A model generated the notes under the pieces. It saw only the letters and a program-made list of their open reading frames with translations, made no database searches and was not told the DNA's origin. A stretch of 63,964 nucleotides of DNA, filler included. It is 5 parts of 5 records of this genome, joined end to end, with 100 filler letters (N's around TTAATTAATTAA, not from the genome) between each part and the next. Parts side by side here need not be neighbours in the genome. Positions count along the whole stretch, not along the records: positions 57,069 to 63,964 come from SRR22947725_2675; 4 more parts are not named here. The stretch is one strand, 5' to 3'. Below, in pieces: positions 58,468 through 63,964 of this stretch. Position numbers and translations under genes: made by a program. How positions within the stretch are numbered: position 1 is the first letter of the stretch; each line of letters opens with the position of its first letter.

Positions 58468-59781
58468 TTATCTTTTAACTTCAGGTATTAAGCCTTTGGG
58501 AGCAAATCTTAAGGTCACTAACAAAATTATGCCCATAAACATAAGTCTCATATGTGCTGCATTCTCTAATAAATGACTTTTTATTAAATTCGAATCTGAG
58601 ACATAAGAAGTTATAAAAGCTATAAGCCATAGACCAATAGGTTCAGCTTGGATCCAAAAAAACCAGATAATAAACCCTCCAATGATAGAACCAAAATTAT
58701 TTCCAGAGCCTCCAATAATTACCATAATCCAAACTAAAAAAGTAAATCTTAGAGGTTGATATGAAACTGGAGTAAACTGACCATCAAGAGTGGTTAGCAT
58801 TGCCCCTGCTATGCCTATAATTGCTGAACCAATAATAAATACTTGTAGATGTCTTTTTTTAATATTTTTACCCATAGCGTTTGCTGAAACTTCATTATCT
58901 CTGATGGCCCTCATCATTCTCCCCCAAGGAGATTTGAGAGCAATTTCAAGTAAAATCAAAATTCCTATCAAAATTATAATAAATAAAAAGGAATAAGATA
59001 ATTTGACTATAATTGATGATATTTGTGGCAGAGAAACGTTAGTAAATTGTGCTATTTCTATAACCCATTGCTTTGATTGAAGTTCGATTTCGTATGGAAC
59101 AGGCCTTGGTAGTCCATTTACATTTTTTACACCCCTTGAGAGCCAATCTTCATTTTTTAAGACATATATAATTATTTCAGAAATGCCTAGGGTAGCTATA
59201 GCTAAATAGTCTGATCTAAGCCCTAAAGCTATTTTACCTATAGCATATGCAGTTAGCGCTGCTAATAGTCCTCCAATAGGCCATGAAATTATAACAGGAA
59301 GGTCAAAGCCTCCGAGATAACCTGTTTTTGCTGGTTCAATAGATTCTATAGTTAGTATTGGAATATCAATAATATATCGCATAAGAAAATAACTTGTAGC
59401 TATTATAATTGATGTAATTACGTATTTTTTCTTTTTATCAATATTTAATTTCTTCCATAAATAAATAGAACAAAATATTGATATAATGAATGTTACAATA
59501 CCAGACAGAATTAAAATACCACCTTCTTCCCATGCGTTGAGAGTTGGTGGCATCGAAATAATTACGTTGGCTAAGCCACCTAATGCCGCAAATCCCATGA
59601 CACCAAAATTTACTATTCCTGCATTGCCCCACTGAATATTTATTCCTAAAGACATAATAGCAGATATTATGCAAAGGTTAAAAATTGAGAGTGCAAGATT
59701 CCAACTTTGAAAAAAACCAACCAGTAAGAGCATTAAAAACATACAGCTGAATAATTGAAGTATATAATTTTTATTTTGCAT
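58468..59781 (-). CDS. livM: Branched-chain amino acid-type ABC permease (LivM-like)
   Basis: LRSDYLAIATLG-x-x-EI, SPWGR-x-x-RAIRDNE, GGSGN. Confidence 0.85.
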   Translation of the reverse strand: MQNKNYILQLFSCMFLMLLLVGFFQSWNLALSIFNLCIISAIMSLGINIQWGNAGIVNFGVMGFAALGGLANVIISMPPTLNAWEEGGILILSGIVTFIISIFCSIYLWKKLNIDKKKKYVITSIIIATSYFLMRYIIDIPILTIESIEPAKTGYLGGFDLPVIISWPIGGLLAALTAYAIGKIALGLRSDYLAIATLGISEIIIYVLKNEDWLSRGVKNVNGLPRPVPYEIELQSKQWVIEIAQFTNVSLPQISSIIVKLSYSFLFIIILIGILILLEIALKSPWGRMMRAIRDNEVSANAMGKNIKKRHLQVFIIGSAIIGIAGAMLTTLDGQFTPVSYQPLRFTFLVWIMVIIGGSGNNFGSIIGGFIIWFFWIQAEPIGLWLIAFITSYVSDSNLIKSHLLENAAHMRLMFMGIILLVTLRFAPKGLIPEVKR

Positions 59782-59803
59782 TACGTAAACTCTAAATATT
59801 GGT

Positions 59804-60814
59804 TTAAATTACTTTACCTTTGTAAATTCCAGTAGGCTTAATTAACAAAACCAGAACTAGAATAATAAAAGATACTGCTATTTTATAGTCCGTGGATAAA
59901 ATCTGTAACAATCCATTAGGAACAATTTCGTATGGAAGAAGGTAATAAAAAATTTTCTTATAGGCGAATGTAATAAATAACTCAGAAAATGCTATAACAA
60001 AGCCTCCAATAATTGCCCCAACAGGGTTTCCAACACCACCAACAATTGCTGCTGCAAAAATGGGTAACACTAAATGTAAATAAGTAAATGGTTTATAGCT
60101 TTTATCAAGACCATATAAAGTTCCAGCTACACATGCTAAAGTTCCAGTAATTATCCAAGTAATTAATACAACTTTTTCTGGATTAATACCGGATAACAAT
60201 GCTAGTTCTTGATTATCTGAGTAAGCTCTCATCGATTTTCCAGTTTTAGTTTTATTTAAAAACCAAAAAAGAAGAAAAACTAATAAAATTGTAAGTATTA
60301 TAGTAACTCCTTGTGTGGTTTTGATAGCCAATCCTTCATTAAGGCCAGTCAAAGCTTTAAACGTTTTGGCTTTTAAAATAAATCTTTCTCCATCAAAAAA
60401 GTTTTTATCTCCTGGCCCTATTATGAATCTTATTAAACCTCCTGAAAAAAACATAACACCAATAGAAACGATAAGAGTAATTACACTTTTTGATTTCTGT
60501 TGGCGGTAAAATTTAAAAACAAATTTGTCTATGATTAAGCAATAAAAAATAGTTATTAATATTGCTATAGGTAAAACTAATATGGCAGTAGGGAATATAC
60601 CTAGTTTAATTCCAAGATTTGAGAATAGCCAAGTTAGGAGAATAGAGGTCATTGTTCCAAATGACATAAATTCCCCATGAGCAAAATTAGAGAACCTAAG
60701 AACTGTGTATATTATTGTTATACCAAGTGCTCCAAGAGCTAATTGACTGCCATATGTAAGTCCTGGTATTATAATATAATTGGCTATTAAGGTAATGCCG
60801 TTCAAAAAGTCCAT
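59804..60814 (-). CDS. livH: Branched-chain amino acid-type ABC permease (LivH-like)
   Basis: NFAHGE, T-x-x-GK-x-MRA-x-x-DN-x-ELA-x-x-SGI, KPTG. Confidence 0.85.
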   Translation of the reverse strand: MDFLNGITLIANYIIIPGLTYGSQLALGALGITIIYTVLRFSNFAHGEFMSFGTMTSILLTWLFSNLGIKLGIFPTAILVLPIAILITIFYCLIIDKFVFKFYRQQKSKSVITLIVSIGVMFFSGGLIRFIIGPGDKNFFDGERFILKAKTFKALTGLNEGLAIKTTQGVTIILTILLVFLLFWFLNKTKTGKSMRAYSDNQELALLSGINPEKVVLITWIITGTLACVAGTLYGLDKSYKPFTYLHLVLPIFAAAIVGGVGNPVGAIIGGFVIAFSELFITFAYKKIFYYLLPYEIVPNGLLQILSTDYKIAVSFIILVLVLLIKPTGIYKGKVI

Positions 60815-60819
60815 AAAGT

Positions 60820-61524
60820 TTAGCCCCCTAGAAACGCCTGTCTTACTTCTTTGTTGTCTAAAAGTGACTTTCCAGTATCTGTGAAAAGGTTCTTTCCTTG
60901 ATTCAAAACAAACCCTAAATCTGATATTGTTAACGCTTGTTTAGCATTTTGTTCTACCATGAGTATAGCGGTTCCCTGATTAGCAATTTCTTTAATTTTT
61001 TTAAAAATACCTTCCATAACGATAGGAGAAACGCCAGCGGATGGCTCATCTAACATTAAAACTTTTGGGCTTGTCATTAAAGCTCTTCCTACTGCGACTT
61101 GTTGCCGCTGACCACCAGACAGTTCGCCTGCTTGTTGGTAACGTTTATCTTTTAGAATTGGAAAAAGTTCATAAATATAATTCAACATATTTTCACAATT
61201 TTTTGCCTGAATAAATGCCCCCATTTCAAGATTTTCCTGCACAGACAAAGAGGGAAATATGTTGTTTGTTTGTGGGACAAACCCCATACCTTTTAAGACT
61301 CTTTCTTGTGGTTGAAGGTTGGTAATATCTTCACCATCAAGAAATATTTTGCCTTTTCTTATACCTAGAAGTCCAAATATAGCTTTCATCGCAGTGGATT
61401 TTCCGGCGCCGTTAGGTCCAACAATTGAGGCAATTTGACCTCTCTTTACACCAATTGTACAATTTGATAGAATATCAACTGAGCTATAGCCACATGTAAT
61501 GTTTTCACCTGATAATAAATACAT
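60820..61524 (-). CDS. livF: ABC ATP-binding protein (LivF-like)
   Basis: GPNGAGKST, LSGGQRQ, LDEPS, VEQNA. Confidence 0.88.
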   Translation of the reverse strand: MYLLSGENITCGYSSVDILSNCTIGVKRGQIASIVGPNGAGKSTAMKAIFGLLGIRKGKIFLDGEDITNLQPQERVLKGMGFVPQTNNIFPSLSVQENLEMGAFIQAKNCENMLNYIYELFPILKDKRYQQAGELSGGQRQQVAVGRALMTSPKVLMLDEPSAGVSPIVMEGIFKKIKEIANQGTAILMVEQNAKQALTISDLGFVLNQGKNLFTDTGKSLLDNKEVRQAFLGG

Positions 61525-61542
61525 ATTTTAAAAACTCTTTAT

Positions 61543-62298
61543 TTAGTTTCTTCCAAGATATACTTGGATAACTTCTTCATTTTTTTTAACTTTAGAGATT
61601 GTATCCGTCATTAAAACTGATCCCTCTGCCATAACAATTACAGGATCGCATAATCTGCTAATAAACTCTATATCATGCTCAATCATACAAAAAGTATAAT
61701 TTAATTCTTTATTTAGTCTTAATATAGCATCCCCAATTGTATTTAATAAAGTACGATTAACTCCTGCACCCACCTCGTCGAGCAATACAATTTCTGGTTC
61801 AACCATCATTGTTCTTCCTAATTCCAATAATTTTTTTTGCCCACCTGACAAATTACCAGCATATTCGTTAGCAAGGTGTTTTAATTGCAAAAAATCTAAA
61901 ACTCCATTTGCTTTATTTAATATTTTTGTTTCTTCTAATCTAATTTTTTTTGATTTTATCCACGTATTTAAAATAGACTCACCTATTTGATTTGGTGGAA
62001 CCATCATCAAATTATCTCTTACAGTCAATGATGAAAATTCGTGAGCAATTTGAAATGTTCTTAATATACCTAAATCAAATAATTGATGAGGTTCATAACC
62101 AGTTATATTTAAATTGTTTAACTTTATATTGCCGGAGTCTGGTTTAATGGATCCATTAATAATATTAAAAAGAGTTGTTTTACCTGCCCCATTTGGCCCA
62201 ATTAGAGCAGTTATAGATGATTTTTTAATTTCTAATGAGACATTTTTAATGGCTTGAATGCCACCAAAGTTTTTATATAGATTTTTTATTTCAAGCAT
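61543..62298 (-). CDS. livG: ABC ATP-binding protein (LivG-like)
   Basis: K-x-FGG, GPNGAGKTT, RTFQ, LSGGQKK, IEHD, YLG. Confidence 0.88.
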   Translation of the reverse strand: MLEIKNLYKNFGGIQAIKNVSLEIKKSSITALIGPNGAGKTTLFNIINGSIKPDSGNIKLNNLNITGYEPHQLFDLGILRTFQIAHEFSSLTVRDNLMMVPPNQIGESILNTWIKSKKIRLEETKILNKANGVLDFLQLKHLANEYAGNLSGGQKKLLELGRTMMVEPEIVLLDEVGAGVNRTLLNTIGDAILRLNKELNYTFCMIEHDIEFISRLCDPVIVMAEGSVLMTDTISKVKKNEEVIQVYLGRN

Positions 62299-62313
62299 CA
62301 ATGAAACCAATTG

Positions 62314-62346
62314 AAAAAAGGCTTAAGGTTATTACCTTAAGCCTTT
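62314..62346 (-). terminator. Intrinsic terminator/stabilising hairpin after the substrate-binding gene
   Basis: 13-bp perfect stem AAAGGCTTAAGGT/ACCTTAAGCCTTT followed by a U-run on the minus strand. Confidence 0.8.
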
Positions 62347-62352
62347 AAAGTT

Positions 62353-63576
62353 TTATCTATAACCAACTTTATTAGTTTTTTGGTTATCTATTAAGATTTC
62401 CGCAAAACTCCCAGATGATTCACCAGAACCAACTAGTTCTAAAGCTGTAGCACCAACGTAGTCAATATCTTTACCTTCTTTGATTAAATTGAGTGCTTTA
62501 CTGAGTTCACCTGGATAAATTTTTTCACCAGGTGCATTAGCAATATCCATAACATTATTTTTAAAAACATTACTGTCAGTTGATTTTGCAGCCTCCATTG
62601 CAAGCATAATTAGAGCAGCAGCATCGTAAGACTCTGGGCCATATGGTCCTGATTCAAAGCCAGCAGCTTTTGCTAATTCAGAGTATTTTGCAGCACCAGG
62701 GCTATCTGTTCCAGGAACTGATCCGATAGAACCATTTAGATCTGGGCCTATCGCCTTAGGGAGTGAATCACCAATCATTCCATCAGGTAAGAAAAATTTA
62801 TTAAAGGCATCAGCATCTAATGAAGCTTGTATTATACCTTTACCACCTTGGTCTAAATAACCCGCAACAATAAGAATGTCTCCTGAAGCTTGAGCTAATG
62901 CAGCAACCTCTGAACTGTAGTCCCCTTTGCCATCTTCATGAGAAGCGCTAATTGTTATGGTTCCTCCTTTAGCTTCGTAATTACTTTTAATGCTAGCGGC
63001 AAGACCTTTGCCGTAGTCGTTATTTGTATGAGTTAAAGCAGCTGTTTTAAAGCCTTTTTCCATTAACAAGTCAGCAATGACTTCACCTTGTCTAGCATCA
63101 GAAGGAGCTGTTCTAAAAAACAAACCATTATCTGGCTCAGTTGACAAGGCCGGAGAGGTTGCTGATGGTGAAATCATCAAGATACCATTTGGCATTGCAA
63201 CATTTTTAAGAACAGCAGTTGTTACTCCAGAACAGTCAGCGCCCATTATTGCACTTACTTTATCTGATGTGATTAAGCGTTCAGCCGCAGCCTGTGCTGC
63301 CGCTGCATCTACACAAGTAGAGTCAGCTCTTACAGCCATTAATTGAGCGCCATCCATAAAGTTACCTGACTTATTAACTTCATCGATAGCCAATTCAGCA
63401 CTTTTTGCCATAACAGGAGCTAAAGATTCTATTGGTCCAGTAAAGCCAAGAATAATCCCAATCTTTATTTGATTGTCGGCACTTTTTTTTGTTTTAGATG
63501 CGTCTTGATTATACAAAAAGACACCTAACACTATTAATCCAGCTATTAAAATAACTGGCAGAAGGTTTTTTTTCAT
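62353..63576 (-). CDS. ABC substrate-binding protein (LivJ/K-like periplasmic binding fold)
   Basis: IG-x-x-x-G-x-TGP, ISPSATSPAL, FFRTAPSD, NNDYG-x-GL. Confidence 0.9.
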   Translation of the reverse strand: MKKNLLPVILIAGLIVLGVFLYNQDASKTKKSADNQIKIGIILGFTGPIESLAPVMAKSAELAIDEVNKSGNFMDGAQLMAVRADSTCVDAAAAQAAAERLITSDKVSAIMGADCSGVTTAVLKNVAMPNGILMISPSATSPALSTEPDNGLFFRTAPSDARQGEVIADLLMEKGFKTAALTHTNNDYGKGLAASIKSNYEAKGGTITISASHEDGKGDYSSEVAALAQASGDILIVAGYLDQGGKGIIQASLDADAFNKFFLPDGMIGDSLPKAIGPDLNGSIGSVPGTDSPGAAKYSELAKAAGFESGPYGPESYDAAALIMLAMEAAKSTDSNVFKNNVMDIANAPGEKIYPGELSKALNLIKEGKDIDYVGATALELVGSGESSGSFAEILIDNQKTNKVGYR

Positions 63577-63715
63577 TTAATTTCCCCTTAAATATAATTT
63601 AACAGTATTTTATAAAGAAATCGTATAATTAAGCTAATGAAATTTTAAGTTGTTTTATAAATAGTCCTTTAGTAGGTTTGGAGTTAACTCTCATGGAAAT
63701 TAAAAGATATAAAGT

Positions 63716-63964
63716 ATGCGGTATAATTGGTTAAAATTATTGAAGGAAGGTTTTAATAATAATAGCGGTTGGGAAAAAACTTGGAAAAATCCAGAATTAA
63801 AAAAAGAATATGATATTATTATTATTGGTGGAGGCGGTCATGGCCTTGCAACAGCTTTTTATCTAGCTAAAGAATTCAATATTAAAAATATTGCCGTTTT
63901 AGAAAAAAATTGGATTGGAGGCGGTAATGTTGGACGTAATACAACTATTATTCGTTCAAATTAT
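63716..63964 (+). CDS. soxB: Sarcosine oxidase beta subunit, 3'-truncated by the window edge
   Basis: Read manually: MRYNWLKLL...[22 protein letters not shown]...[16 protein letters not shown]. Confidence 0.92.
   Translation, partial: MRYNWLKLLKEGFNNNSGWEKTWKNPELKKEYDIIIIGGGGHGLATAFYLAKEFNIKNIAVLEKNWIGGGNVGRNTTIIRSNY

Noticed and set aside
26817-63346. Short antisense ORFs inside housekeeping genes (e.g. 26817-27182, 28232-28444, 38769-39053, 63077-63346)
   Set aside because: Opposite to well-supported genes, with no recognisable motifs.
63577-63715. Glycine riboswitch before soxB
   Set aside because: No GGAGA/GAAG/CTCAGG core; the region is plain AT-rich promoter DNA.

Overview
This is not one replicon. 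It is five unrelated marine, AT-rich contigs joined by identical 100-nt spacers (N44-TTAATTAATTAA-N44). (1) 1-20389 is a podovirus-like phage fragment whose gene set resembles HTVC010P-type pelagiphages (an inference). It carries internal virion proteins, tail fibre and LamG/SPRY receptor-binding genes, an M15 endolysin/holin cassette, a leftward DnaA-domain-IV/DUF3310/SSB/ERF/exonuclease operon, a rightward Cro/XRE-sigma4/SET/replication initiator/TerS operon, and a convergent set of tiny ORFs. (2) 20490-29977 is a low-GC gammaproteobacterium (SAR86-like) with fhs, malonyl-CoA decarboxylase, a gamma-butyrobetaine-hydroxylase-like Fe/2OG oxygenase plus an HD-domain protein behind a SAM-II-like riboswitch, ALDH, aceEF and a tRNA end. 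(3) 30078-35118 is a Rhodobacteraceae-like alphaproteobacterium with efp, metF/metR, a suhB whose active site is degenerate, ygfZ, a glycosyltransferase and an ABC transporter end. (4) 35219-56968 is a streamlined flavobacterium with housekeeping genes and SRP RNA. (5) 57069-63964 is an alphaproteobacterium with rplU, an M23 peptidase, a liv-type ABC transporter and the start of soxB. The best leads are (a) the apparently SAM-regulated two-oxygenase operon of unknown substrate, and (b) several signs of gene-junction duplication and cassette shuffling in the phage: three tiny proteins sharing an MSS(E/D)KQ N-terminus, a moron flanked by a 27-bp junction repeat, and structured spacers on both sides of a receptor-binding gene. 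All calls were made by eye from motifs; no database search was run.
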